From NCBI GenBank assembly GCA_022562055.1, contig JADFQA010000011.1, forward strand, positions 11,273 to 75,272: a stretch of 64,000 nt of DNA, given 5' to 3'. Position 1 is the stretch's first letter, and each line of letters begins with the position of its first letter. The stretch is from Acidobacteriota bacterium. Its GTDB lineage: Bacteria; Actinomycetota; Acidimicrobiia; Spongiisociales; UBA5794. The position numbers were made by a program, and so were the translations under genes. The notes beneath the pieces were generated by a model that did no database searches, was not told the origin of the DNA, and was given only the letters and a program-made list of their open reading frames with translations. Below are positions 17,028-26,429 of the stretch, piece by piece.

Positions 17028-18278
17028 ATGCACTACTCGTTGACCACCCTTGACAACGGTCTGCGCGTCATCACCCAGGCAATGGCGTCGGCCCGGTCCA
17101 CATCGATTGGCGTCTGGGTTGACGCCGGGAGTCGAGACGAGGTAGGTGCCGAGCATGGTGCGAGCCATTTCCTTGAGCATCTGCTCTTCAAGGGGTCTGA
17201 GCGCATGTCGGCTCGCCACATCAGCGAAGCGCTCGATGCGGTCGGTGCCCAGCACAACGCTTTCACATCCAAGGAATACACTTGTTACTGGACCCGTGTC
17301 CGGTCGGCCGACACGCCGCTTGCTGTTGACATCTTGTCGGAAATGATCCAGTTCCCTGCGTTCCGTCCATCCGAAATCGACTCAGAACGTCATGTTGTGC
17401 TCGAAGAAATCAACATGAACGATGACGATCCGAGTGACGTTGCGCACGAGCAGTTTGTCAACGCAATGTGGGTCGACCACCCAATCAAACCCCCAATCCT
17501 CGGTACCCGCAAGTCCATAACGGCAATGACTCGCGACACCATTCACGATTATTGGGCGCATCGTTACACACCTCACTCGGTGGTGGTATCGGCGGCCGGA
17601 CGGCTGGACCACGACGACTTTGTGGCGCTCATCGAGAAGCACTTCGGAAAGTGGCAGGGTGATGCGCCATCACGCGAGTTGCGGACCCTTAAGTATCGGT
17701 CAGGAGTTGAGGTGGTCCGCCGCGACACCGAGCAGGCACACCTCGTCCTTGGTATGCCGGGGTACGTTCGTGATGACGAGCGCCGGTACCCACATCTTGT
17801 TGTCGACCATGTGCTCGGTGGCGGCATGTCGTCTCGTCTGTTCGAGGAGATCCGCGAGCAACGTGGCCTGGCGTACTCGGTCCACAGCTTTCGTATGCCG
17901 TTTGTGGATACAGGTGCCTCGGCTATCTACGTCGGGACCACACCGTCGCAGGCGCCCGATGTCCTCAAGCTGATTCGCGCCGAACTCGCAAAGATCGTCG
18001 AGAGCGGCATCACCACCGCTGAGATGGAGCGTGCCAAGGGCAATGTGAAGGGGAGTCTTGCGCTCTCAATGGAGGACGTAACTTCGACCATGACCCGAAT
18101 AGGCAGGTCAGAACTCATCGGAATTGAACATTCGAGCATCGACGAGGTCGTTGCTCGCGTCGAGGCAGTCACCCCAGCCGAGATCGCCGAAGTGGCTTCC
18201 GATGTCTACGCCGGGCCGTTTGTCCTCGGCGCGGTTGGTCCGTTTGACGCATCTGATCTCGAAGAATTCGTGTCGTGA
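17028..18278 (+). CDS. M16 family zinc peptidase (PepR-like)
   Basis: Start at ATG 17028 (MHYSLTTLDNGLRV); inverted zinc motif HFLEHLLFKGSE (HxxEH); ~417 aa. Confidence 0.85.
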   Translation: MHYSLTTLDNGLRVITQAMASARSTSIGVWVDAGSRDEVGAEHGASHFLEHLLFKGSERMSARHISEALDAVGAQHNAFTSKEYTCYWTRVRSADTPLAVDILSEMIQFPAFRPSEIDSERHVVLEEINMNDDDPSDVAHEQFVNAMWVDHPIKPPILGTRKSITAMTRDTIHDYWAHRYTPHSVVVSAAGRLDHDDFVALIEKHFGKWQGDAPSRELRTLKYRSGVEVVRRDTEQAHLVLGMPGYVRDDERRYPHLVVDHVLGGGMSSRLFEEIREQRGLAYSVHSFRMPFVDTGASAIYVGTTPSQAPDVLKLIRAELAKIVESGITTAEMERAKGNVKGSLALSMEDVTSTMTRIGRSELIGIEHSSIDEVVARVEAVTPAEIAEVASDVYAGPFVLGAVGPFDASDLEEFVS

Positions 18279-19033
18279 AGGTCGGCGTTTCTGGTGCCGG
18301 GGGAAAGATGGGCCGCACGGTTGCGTACGCCGTGGCTGGGGCGTCCGACCTTGACTTGTCTGGCCTCTACGATCCGCACGCTGTCGATCAAACGTTATGC
18401 GAGATCCGTATCGGTAACGAACGTTCCACGTTGTCTGGGTGTGACGTGGTCGTCGAGTTCACGCGTCCCGACGTGGTGTTGCACAACGCCGCTGCGTGGG
18501 GCCAAGCGGGTATGCACGCCGTCATAGGCACCTCAGGTTTTGACGATGATCGCATTGCGGAGCTCGAAGGTGTGTGGCCGAAAGACGGACCGAGATGTCT
18601 CGTCGTTCCGAACTTCTCTATCGGGGCCGTTGTCATGCAGCGGCTTGCCGAGATTGCGGCACCGCATTTCGCAGCCTCGGAGATCATCGAGTTTCATCAT
18701 GATCGCAAGGTTGACGCCCCGTCGGGAACCGCGCTGGCCACCGCAAAAAGAATGGCCGCAGTATCCGAGCAGCAACGCTCGGTCGAGTCAGAGAATCTCG
18801 TTGTTGGCGCGACTGGAGCTCGTGTCCACGGTATCCCCGTCCACTCGGTTCGTCTCCCTGGCCTCGTCGCACATCAAGAGATCCTGTTCGGGGCGGTGGG
18901 GGAGACGTTACGAATCCGACACGACACAATCGATCGCAGCGCTTTCATGCCTGGGGTGCTCGCTGCTTTGCGGGGCATTGCCGACCTGGCCGACCCGGTC
19001 ACGGTAGGACTCGACGGAATTCTCGGAATCTGA
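18275..19033 (+). CDS. dapB: 4-hydroxy-tetrahydrodipicolinate reductase
   Basis: GTG start overlapping upstream stop; MKVGVSGAGGKMGR NAD(P)-binding N-terminus, DapB C-terminal domain. Confidence 0.9.
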   Translation: MKVGVSGAGGKMGRTVAYAVAGASDLDLSGLYDPHAVDQTLCEIRIGNERSTLSGCDVVVEFTRPDVVLHNAAAWGQAGMHAVIGTSGFDDDRIAELEGVWPKDGPRCLVVPNFSIGAVVMQRLAEIAAPHFAASEIIEFHHDRKVDAPSGTALATAKRMAAVSEQQRSVESENLVVGATGARVHGIPVHSVRLPGLVAHQEILFGAVGETLRIRHDTIDRSAFMPGVLAALRGIADLADPVTVGLDGILGI

Positions 19034-19293
19034 GTCGCTGGTTGGCACTGCCAGCTCCTTGTCGAGAGAACGGATAGTCACGGAGTGCCGAGTGCGTGAC
19101 GACAGGTTGAACGTGCCGGTCGCATGAAACCGCTGAGACGAATCGAGATCCAGCGGGAATAGAGCCACACAGCTCGTCGAGATGTCGGCATTTGGCGACC
19201 TGAACGTTGCCCGGTCTGTGCCCGAGGCACTCGACCGCAGGCATCTTGCGGTCATCGGCCGCTACGCCTGGCGGAACTCACAAGTCGGGATTC

Positions 19294-20526
19294 TCATCTG
19301 TTTTCGCCGCGTCGCGCATGTTGCACGTAGTCGCGAGACAACTCATGGACTGAGGTGCACCCAATCAGGGCGAGGGTTCGTTGAAGCTCGTCTCTGAGAA
19401 GGCTAAGGGCGTGGTCGACTCCCCGTTCTCCTGCCGCACCTAGCCCGTACAGGTATGCGCGGCCAGCCATGGATGCTCGCGCTCCAAGGGCCACTGCTTT
19501 GACGATGTCGCTGCCGCGGCGCAGCCCGCCATCGCACAGCACCTCCAGTCGATCACCGACAGCATCTGTGACCGGGGCGACAAGTTCAATGGGAGGGGGA
19601 GCGCCGTCGAGTTGCCGACCTCCGTGGTTGGAAAGCGCTATCGCATCGACACCGTGGTCAGCGGCGATGACGGCGTCTTCAGTTGTTTGGACGCCCTTGA
19701 GAACAATCTTCCCTTTCCAACGATCTTTGAACCACTTGATATCGTTCCAGTTCAGCGATGGATCGAACTGACTAGCGATGAATTCTGAGAGCGAAACAGG
19801 GTCGGACCCGTCCGTTACCGATGTTCCGACAACGTTGGCAAATCGGATCGGTTCATGCCGGATAAAGTCCCACGTCCAGCCTGGATGGACAAGCCCGTCA
19901 ATGATTGTGTCGAGTCCTATCTTGGGTGGAAGGTTGAATCCACGACGCACATCCCTTTCGCGACGACCAAGCACCGCAGTGTCGACGGTTATGACGATCG
20001 TCGAGTAGCTGGCGGCCGCGGCACGCTCCAGCATTTCAGCAAGGAGACCCTTGTCAACCCAGACATACACTTGGAACCAGAGGTCCCCGCTTGATACTGC
20101 CCTGACGTCTTCGATCGATCGGGTCGCGAGGCTGGAGAGCGTGTAGGGAATCCCGGCTCGTTCTGCGGCGCGGGCGACCGCCAGTTCCCCAGGCGAACAC
20201 GCGATTCGACTGAATCCGGTCGGAGCGAGCACGAGGGGGAAAGCGAGCCTTCTGCCAAGCACTTCGGTTGAAGTGTCGACGACTGAGACATCGTTGAGAA
20301 TCCTTGGCCGGAATTCCAGATCACGAAATGCTTGCGTGTTGCGTGCAAGGGTGGTTTCGTCCTCAGCCCCGCCATCGATGTAGTCGAACACACCACGCGG
20401 TAGCCTCCGCTTGGCTATGAGACGAAGATCTTCGACACTCGCTGCGCGGTTCAGGCGGCGCGTCACGCTGTTCGTTTCGAAGCCCCGGAAACGAACTACC
20501 GAGCGCAGCGTCTTGATCATGCCCAT
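19294..20526 (-). CDS. FMN-dependent alpha-hydroxy-acid dehydrogenase (L-lactate dehydrogenase LldD / glycolate oxidase family)
   Basis: start at MGMIKTL; RRLPRGVFDYIDGGAEDETT and TIM-barrel FMN motifs. Confidence 0.8.
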   Translation of the reverse strand: MGMIKTLRSVVRFRGFETNSVTRRLNRAASVEDLRLIAKRRLPRGVFDYIDGGAEDETTLARNTQAFRDLEFRPRILNDVSVVDTSTEVLGRRLAFPLVLAPTGFSRIACSPGELAVARAAERAGIPYTLSSLATRSIEDVRAVSSGDLWFQVYVWVDKGLLAEMLERAAAASYSTIVITVDTAVLGRRERDVRRGFNLPPKIGLDTIIDGLVHPGWTWDFIRHEPIRFANVVGTSVTDGSDPVSLSEFIASQFDPSLNWNDIKWFKDRWKGKIVLKGVQTTEDAVIAADHGVDAIALSNHGGRQLDGAPPPIELVAPVTDAVGDRLEVLCDGGLRRGSDIVKAVALGARASMAGRAYLYGLGAAGERGVDHALSLLRDELQRTLALIGCTSVHELSRDYVQHARRGENR

Positions 20527-21415
20527 TCTTTGCTCCGTTCGACCTGCGCATCGGCCAATGTGAAATCGGTTGACCCGACCAATAGCGGGTGTCATCCGCG
20601 CAAGCGGTTTGCATTGATCTGAAGATAGCGTGCAAAATGCTTTCGCGAAAGATCAGCCGCATTTGAGGATCAACCGCGAGCGGAGGGAGCTCGGACTTCT
20701 CGGTCGATGGCAGGCGCTTCTTCAGGAATTTGGTTTGCTGCAACGAGGAGGCTCATCGCCGATGGCGGTGTGGTCTGCGGCGTTTCGCGCTACCCAGAAG
20801 GACTGTGGGCGACCGTGAGCCTTGGGGCATTTCTCACCTGTATGACGTCGCCCCGGCGTCGGGGCATGCGTGGCTGCTCAAGCGTCCGGTCGGTGTGCGT
20901 CGATTCTTGGCGCGGTCGGTGAGACTTGGTTGAGACACTTCGACGACATGACGGGCAGCGACCCTCCAACGTAGATCGCCATCAACTTGGGCGCGTCGCT
21001 GTTGCTCACTAGGCGGTGCCCGTGTGACGCCCTCGTCTCGAATCAATGTCCTTGTCTCGTCGGGCGACGGCAAGCTCGGTTTTGAGTTCGCGGATACGCC
21101 TTCTTCAAGCCGCCGGCCTGGCTGGTGACGGACCTTCGCCTTGACTGGTGTCGATCGTTTTGCGCCTTCACCAGTTGTAGATCATCTGCTCGCTGCTCCG
21201 GAGGGGTGTCTCAAATACGTGTCGTCTGTGAACAGGTTCGTGCGGTGATCAGCCGATGAGGCGTTGACCGGCCTCTCCGGCACCAACTAGCGGCGCAACG
21301 CCGCAGCGTTTCACAACTCACGATTCGGATTATTCGTACCTTGCACACAGCGCGGTCTCACACATCGCGAACGCAAACGTCAATCCCAAGAATCGATCGA
21401 CGTTGTTCTAGGTGT

Positions 21416-22261
21416 CTAGAACAAGGCGCTTGCGAGTTGGCGCCGATACGAGATTGTCAGTGGATGCTCGTTGCCAAGCATCCCGAAGACGTCGAGCATT
21501 GCGCGTCGGGCGTCGTCGGTGTCTTCGCCCTTGTTCCGCACGATGAGCAGCATGTGATCGAGCGCCGGTTCGTGCTCTCCGCGCGCTGCCAGGGCCTGGG
21601 CGAGAGCAAGGCGGACTTCGTCGTCGTCATGGTCGAGATCGAGGGCTGCGGTGAGGGCGTTGATATCGTTGCCGGCAGCGTCGCTGAGACGTGCAGCCGC
21701 TTGCAGGCGATCGACTTCGTCACCTGGGGGAAGTTTTCCAAGAACGATGAGGGCGTCCGCAGTTTCTCCTCTGGCGATAAGCATGCTGGCGACGCTCGTG
21801 GCGGCGTCGTGGTGATCCGGTACCTCTGCCAGAACACCTCGAAAGAGCATCTCGGCGCGCTCGTTGTCGCCTGCCAGTGCAGCGCCTCGTGCTTCATCTA
21901 CCGTGCGGTCCAGTTCGGAAGGCAGCATCGACGCGATCCAGTCGCGGACTGCAGACTCAGGAAGCGCGCCCGAGAACTGCCCGACAGGCGAACCGTTGAC
22001 GAAAGCGACGATTGTGGGGATCGACTGCACTTTGAACTGCGTTGCAAGTTCTTGGTTCTCGTCGATATCCACCTTGGCGAGTATGAACTCGCCGTTCGCA
22101 GCTTCGGTGACTCGCTCAAGGATTGGGCTGAGTGTCTTGCAGGGCCCGCACCATGTCGCCCAGAAGTCCACAATCACCGGAATCTCTCGGCTACGAAGCA
22201 CCACCTCCTCGTTGAAGGTGTCTGTCGTCACATCGACGATATTTGCGCGTTGCTGTTCCAT
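21416..22261 (-). CDS. thioredoxin-domain + TPR co-chaperone (YbbN/CnoX-like)
   Basis: WATWCGPCK redox motif followed by Ala/Leu-rich TPR-like C-terminal half, 281 aa. Confidence 0.8.
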   Translation of the reverse strand: MEQQRANIVDVTTDTFNEEVVLRSREIPVIVDFWATWCGPCKTLSPILERVTEAANGEFILAKVDIDENQELATQFKVQSIPTIVAFVNGSPVGQFSGALPESAVRDWIASMLPSELDRTVDEARGAALAGDNERAEMLFRGVLAEVPDHHDAATSVASMLIARGETADALIVLGKLPPGDEVDRLQAAARLSDAAGNDINALTAALDLDHDDDEVRLALAQALAARGEHEPALDHMLLIVRNKGEDTDDARRAMLDVFGMLGNEHPLTISYRRQLASALF

Positions 22262-22304
22262 GGACGAGAAGGTTAGTCGACGTCGGTCTGCTAGGTTTCA
22301 CGCG

Positions 22305-23201
22305 ATGAACGAATCCCTTGAGTCGCCATTTGGACCGGTATTGACCGCTGTCCTCACTCCGTTTGATGAAGCAGGCGCGGTTGACTACGAGACGTTCTGG
22401 CGGCTTGTGCGGCACCTCCTCGAAAACGGATCAGACGGGGTTGTCGTCGCCGGAACCACCGGGGAGTCGCCAACCCTGTCAAAGGTCGAAAAGATCGCAA
22501 TGTTCAAGGCCGCGGTCGAAGCTGCTGCAGGCAGAGGTGTCGTGATCGCCGGCACCGGAACGTACAACACTGCGGAGTCGGTCGAGATGACGCAGCGCGC
22601 CGCGGATCTCGGCTGTGACGGCGTCATGGCGGTGACGCCGTACTACTCAAAACCGCCCCAGGAAGGAATCTACCGGCATTTCATGGCGATCGCCGATGCG
22701 ACCGACCTTCCGCTGGTGGTCTACAACATTCCGGGGCGCACCTCGCGTCTGATCGAAGTCGACACCATGGCGCGCATCACGGAACATCCGCGGGTCGTGG
22801 CCATCAAAGACGCCACCGAGGATTTGGATTACGCCGACAAACAGTTCGCGGCGATCGACGGGCAGGCCGCGGTCTACTCAGGTGCTGATGCGTTCACGCT
22901 CGAGCTGCTTCGCCGCGGCGGCATCGGGGTTATTTCGGTGGCCGCACATCTGGTCGGCAACCAGGTCAGGGCGATGGTCGACGCGTACATTGCGGGTGAA
23001 GAGGAACAAGCGCAAGACCTCCACGATCTGATGTCCGATGTTGTTGACTCACTGTTTCTGGAACCGAACCCGATGGGTCTCAAGGCCGCAATGTCGTCGT
23101 TGTGGGGTGCGGTCGGTGACCCGCGGCTTCCTCTGATTCAGGCACAAGGGCAGACGCTGCATCTGATAGAGGTCGGTGTTAGAAAGGTTCTCGGTCAATG
23201 A
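22305..23201 (+). CDS. dapA: 4-hydroxy-tetrahydrodipicolinate synthase
   Basis: start ATG 22305 (MNESLESPFGPVLTAVLTPF); GTTGES, catalytic Lys region YNIPGRT; upstream 147 codons of ORF are antisense artefact. Confidence 0.9.
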   Translation: MNESLESPFGPVLTAVLTPFDEAGAVDYETFWRLVRHLLENGSDGVVVAGTTGESPTLSKVEKIAMFKAAVEAAAGRGVVIAGTGTYNTAESVEMTQRAADLGCDGVMAVTPYYSKPPQEGIYRHFMAIADATDLPLVVYNIPGRTSRLIEVDTMARITEHPRVVAIKDATEDLDYADKQFAAIDGQAAVYSGADAFTLELLRRGGIGVISVAAHLVGNQVRAMVDAYIAGEEEQAQDLHDLMSDVVDSLFLEPNPMGLKAAMSSLWGAVGDPRLPLIQAQGQTLHLIEVGVRKVLGQ

Positions 23202-24829
23202 CAGTAAAGGTTGGATTTCTCGGGGGCCTCGGCGAGATCGGTCGAAATTGTGCCGTGATCGAGGTCGATGGAAAGCTTGCGATGATCGACTGCGGTCTGA
23301 TGTTCCCAGAGGCCGAAATGCTGGGCGTGGACCTTGTCTTGCCTGACTTTTCTTGGGTACTCGACCGGGCAGAAGACGTCGAGTGTGTCGTGCTGACGCA
23401 TGGCCACGAGGACCATGTTGGTTCGCTAGCGTATTTCCTGCGCGAGGTGAACGTGCCCGTGTATGGGACTCGTATGGCTGTGAACTTCGCAAAGTCACGT
23501 GTGGAGGAACTCGGCGTTGAGCCCGACCTTCGCGCTCTCGAAACCAATGAGTGGGTCGAGCACGGTCCGTTTAAGTTCACGCTGGTTCGGGTTGCACATT
23601 CGACCCCCCAGGCGGCAGGTGTCGTGTTCGACACACCTCAAGGGTTGATCGTGCACTCGGGTGACTTCAAGCTCGACCCGACGCCAATCGACAACAACCC
23701 GACTGATCTGCAGACATTCGCCGGTTTCGGGCGGCAAGGCGTCAGGCTGTTGCTTGCCGACTCCACGAATGCAGAGGTGCCCGGTGTGGTCCCGTCCGAG
23801 CGTACCGTTGGCCCTCACCTGACCGCCCTGACCGCGGAGGCGGAGGGGCGGGTGATCATTGCGTGTTTTGCAAGCCATGTCCACCGTGTGCAACAGGCGA
23901 TCCATGCTGTGACCGCTGCGGGGCGCAAGTTTGCGTTTCTAGGTAGGTCGATGATCCGCATGTCAGCGATTGCCCGTGATCTCGGGCTTCTCGATTTCAA
24001 TGACGAGGATGTCCTTGAGATGGATGATCTTCTGGAGCTACCGGACTACGAGACCGCGGTGATATGTACCGGTTCGCAGGGTGAGCCGTTTGCTGCGCTT
24101 TCGTTGATGGCTGCGGGTCAGCATCGTCACATCAAACTCGATGACAACGACACGGTGATCATTTCAGCGACGCCGATTCCTGGGAACGAGTCGAAAGTCT
24201 CGCGGGTGATCAACAATCTCACCAGGAGGGGTGTGACGGTTCACCACGGGCGGAACGCAACCGTGCACGTCAGTGGACACGCTGCGCAGGAGGAACTCAA
24301 GACCTTTCTGAACATCATCAAACCGCAGTCGTTCATTCCGGTGCACGGCGAGTATCGCCACCTTGATGCACATGCCAAGATCGCTCGCCTGATGGGTGTC
24401 CCAGACGTCCACATCCTCGAAGATGGCGACATGATCATTTTGGAGGATGACGGCGAAGCCAGAATCGAGCGGGGGGCGTTTCCAGCGGGCTACGTGTACT
24501 TGGATGGTCACGGGATCGGAGACGTTGATGGTGTGCTGCGAGACCGCAGACATCTTGCCGATGACGGGGTCGTGATCGTGACCCTTGGTGTTGATATGCA
24601 GAGCGGTGCAATCATCTTTGGCCCCGACGTGGATAGCCACGGGCTCACAGACGAGCCCGAGGAGATCCACAAGATGGTGCGCGAGCGTGTCACGTCGGGC
24701 ATTACGTCTCTCGACACACCGCTCGATCACGACACGGTGCGGTCCAAGGTTCGCTCAATGACCGGCCGCGCCGTCAAATCTCATCTGGCCCGCCGCCCAG
24801 TGGTGTTCCCAGTAATCATCGAGGTTTAA
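23198..24829 (+). CDS. rnj: ribonuclease J (metallo-beta-lactamase/beta-CASP)
   Basis: ATGA overlap with dapA; HGHEDHVGSLAYFL motif, 543 aa. Confidence 0.9.
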   Translation: MTVKVGFLGGLGEIGRNCAVIEVDGKLAMIDCGLMFPEAEMLGVDLVLPDFSWVLDRAEDVECVVLTHGHEDHVGSLAYFLREVNVPVYGTRMAVNFAKSRVEELGVEPDLRALETNEWVEHGPFKFTLVRVAHSTPQAAGVVFDTPQGLIVHSGDFKLDPTPIDNNPTDLQTFAGFGRQGVRLLLADSTNAEVPGVVPSERTVGPHLTALTAEAEGRVIIACFASHVHRVQQAIHAVTAAGRKFAFLGRSMIRMSAIARDLGLLDFNDEDVLEMDDLLELPDYETAVICTGSQGEPFAALSLMAAGQHRHIKLDDNDTVIISATPIPGNESKVSRVINNLTRRGVTVHHGRNATVHVSGHAAQEELKTFLNIIKPQSFIPVHGEYRHLDAHAKIARLMGVPDVHILEDGDMIILEDDGEARIERGAFPAGYVYLDGHGIGDVDGVLRDRRHLADDGVVIVTLGVDMQSGAIIFGPDVDSHGLTDEPEEIHKMVRERVTSGITSLDTPLDHDTVRSKVRSMTGRAVKSHLARRPVVFPVIIEV

Positions 24830-24859
24830 TAGTTCTGGCCCACGGTGGTGGGCCGCCCG

Positions 24860-25075
24860 CTAGGTGGCAGCCAGCCGCTCGAGAAGTTCCTGATTTCGTT
24901 CCATTGCGGCCGCGAGCTGTTTCTGGAACGCAGGGTCGTTGCGCCGACTCTCGATGCGATCGGCGATCGCTCTTCTGATCTCCTCAGTCACAGTTGTGTC
25001 CTCAACCTGAGCGATGGCCTCGAGGTCGGCCGCGACGTCGGTGGCGAGCCGCAGTGTCAATGCCTTGGTGTTCAT
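24860..25075 (-). CDS. ribbon-helix-helix (CopG/Arc-type) protein, antitoxin-like
   Basis: 71 aa, MNTKALTLRLATDVAADLEAIAQVEDTTVTEEIRRAI... beta-strand-helix-helix pattern. Confidence 0.6.
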   Translation of the reverse strand: MNTKALTLRLATDVAADLEAIAQVEDTTVTEEIRRAIADRIESRRNDPAFQKQLAAAMERNQELLERLAAT

Positions 25076-25213
25076 GAGCGTCTCCTCGTAGTTGGTCGGC
25101 GCCGGCGTAACGTTTTGTCAGCGCGTTGCGTTACGTTGCGTTGGATCTTCCAACATCTTATGTCTAAATATCCAGATGTCAAGATATCAACCAATAGTGG
25201 TGTAAACGCGTGT

Positions 25214-25602
25214 ATGTTTGAAATTCCCATCGACGAATACCTTGCAATCGCATCCGTCGTACTCAACGTTGATGTTGCCTCGATCTTGAGGACTACCGAC
25301 CTTGGTCTTGCAGACTCGGCTCTACATGCGCCGTTTGCTGGATTCGGCGACATGAGTTCTACGCGTCAGATAGCGCGAAAGCCGGTGTTCTCCTGGTCAG
25401 ACTCATCAAGAACCATCCACTTGTCGATGGCAACAAACGTACGGCCTTGCTAACGACAATGCGCTTTCTTGAACTGGCAGGCTACTCGTGGAGCGTCGGC
25501 CCGACCGATGCGTTTGAAAAGTTGCTTGCTATTGCTGCGGGCGAAATGCGTGAAAATGCCGCTACTCGCTGGATGTCCGAGACAGCCGCTCGAATCCCCT
25601 GA
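25214..25602 (+). pseudogene. doc: Doc (Fic-family death-on-curing) toxin, frameshifted near 25352
   Basis: N-frame MFEIPIDEYLAIASVVLNV...LHAPFAGFGD then -1 shift into ...EFYASDSAKAGVLLVRLIKNHPLVDGNKRTALLTTMRFLELAGYSW... (Doc motif HxFx(D/E)GNKR); 389 nt, not a multiple of 3. Confidence 0.7.
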
Positions 25603-25752
25603 TCGATGACCGTTGGTCATCCGGACCTCTATTGATCCGCGCTTGGATCGGCCACTCATTGAGTGGTCAAGCGGGGTGGGCGCTACAGTTGTATCAGACT
25701 CGACGTTTGGCATTGCCAGTCGTGAGCACACTGACGGAATCTGGAGGGGTCC

Positions 25753-26172
25753 ATGGGAGCGGAACTACGAAACCCGAGAAGATGGGTTTCGTCCAAGGGC
25801 TGGTCATTCCTCGTCCTCGGGGCCGCGGTCGTCGCTGTCGTGGCGCTTTCGCTATCGCTATTGCCTAGCGGTGCAGCGGAGACGATCGTCCAGGATTGTG
25901 ATCTGGCGGATTTCGTAGAGAACGATCTGTCTGAAGCATCCGGACGCTTGCCGTCGGGCGAGCTGGTGCGGGTTCTCACGATCGCAGCTGCCAGCGAAAC
26001 GGATGCCATCTCGGTGCGTAAGGCTGTCTTCAGCGAATGCGCAGACTCAGGTGCCTCGATCGTTAGCGATGGAGTTCTGACGATGTCGTGGCGCACGGCG
26101 TGTGGCTCAGGGCTGCTGATGCGCTCCGGTGAAGACAGCATCGTTGTCATTGTCGAGGCCCCGACCTGCTGA
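25753..26172 (+). CDS. small secreted/exported protein, function unknown
   Basis: 139 aa with N-terminal signal peptide WSFLVLGAAVVAVVALSLSLLPSGAAE; the long antisense ORF over it is Arg-rich and rejected. Confidence 0.5.
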   Translation: MGAELRNPRRWVSSKGWSFLVLGAAVVAVVALSLSLLPSGAAETIVQDCDLADFVENDLSEASGRLPSGELVRVLTIAAASETDAISVRKAVFSECADSGASIVSDGVLTMSWRTACGSGLLMRSGEDSIVVIVEAPTC

Positions 26173-26385
26173 ACGGTCGCTGCGCTTTCGCCTCCTTCGT
26201 CGGTGACGCTGCGCTCCATCGTGTCGGCTCCGCCGACTTGAATGGGTAGGTCGTTGGGCCGATGGAACCGCTGTGGTGGCCAAGGTTCTTGGTTCAGCTT
26301 TGCTGAACGGTCGCTGCGCTTTCGCCTCCTTCGTCGGTGACGCTGCGCTCCATCGTGTCGGCTCCGCCGACTTGAATGGGTAGGT
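26167..26385. repeat. ~85-bp direct repeat (two copies, 134-bp period) duplicating the 3' end/stop codon of the upstream gene
   Basis: tgctgaacggtcgctgcgctttcgcctccttcgtcggtgacgctgcgctccatcgtgtcggctccgccgacttgaatgggtaggt at 26167..26251 and 26301..26385; each copy contains hairpin GTCGGC-tcc-GCCGAC. Confidence 0.85.
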
Positions 26386-26391
26386 AGGTCG

Positions 26392-26420
26392 TTTGCACAG
26401 CGCGGGGGTTGGGGTATCGT
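26392..26420 (+). promoter_or_regulatory. candidate ftsK promoter (TTTGCA-17 nt-TATCGT) giving a leaderless or near-leaderless transcript
   Basis: -35-like 26392..26397, -10 TANNNT 26415..26420, ATG at 26430. Confidence 0.35.
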
Positions 26421-26429
26421 TATTGGCCA

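Noticed and set aside
21341-22276. 311-aa plus-strand ORF
   Set aside because: Exact antisense of the thioredoxin-TPR gene, which has a clear WCGPC motif.
26167-26385. Possible CRISPR / miniature transposable element
   Set aside because: Two copies only. Tandem, not inverted. No terminal inverted repeats or target duplication.
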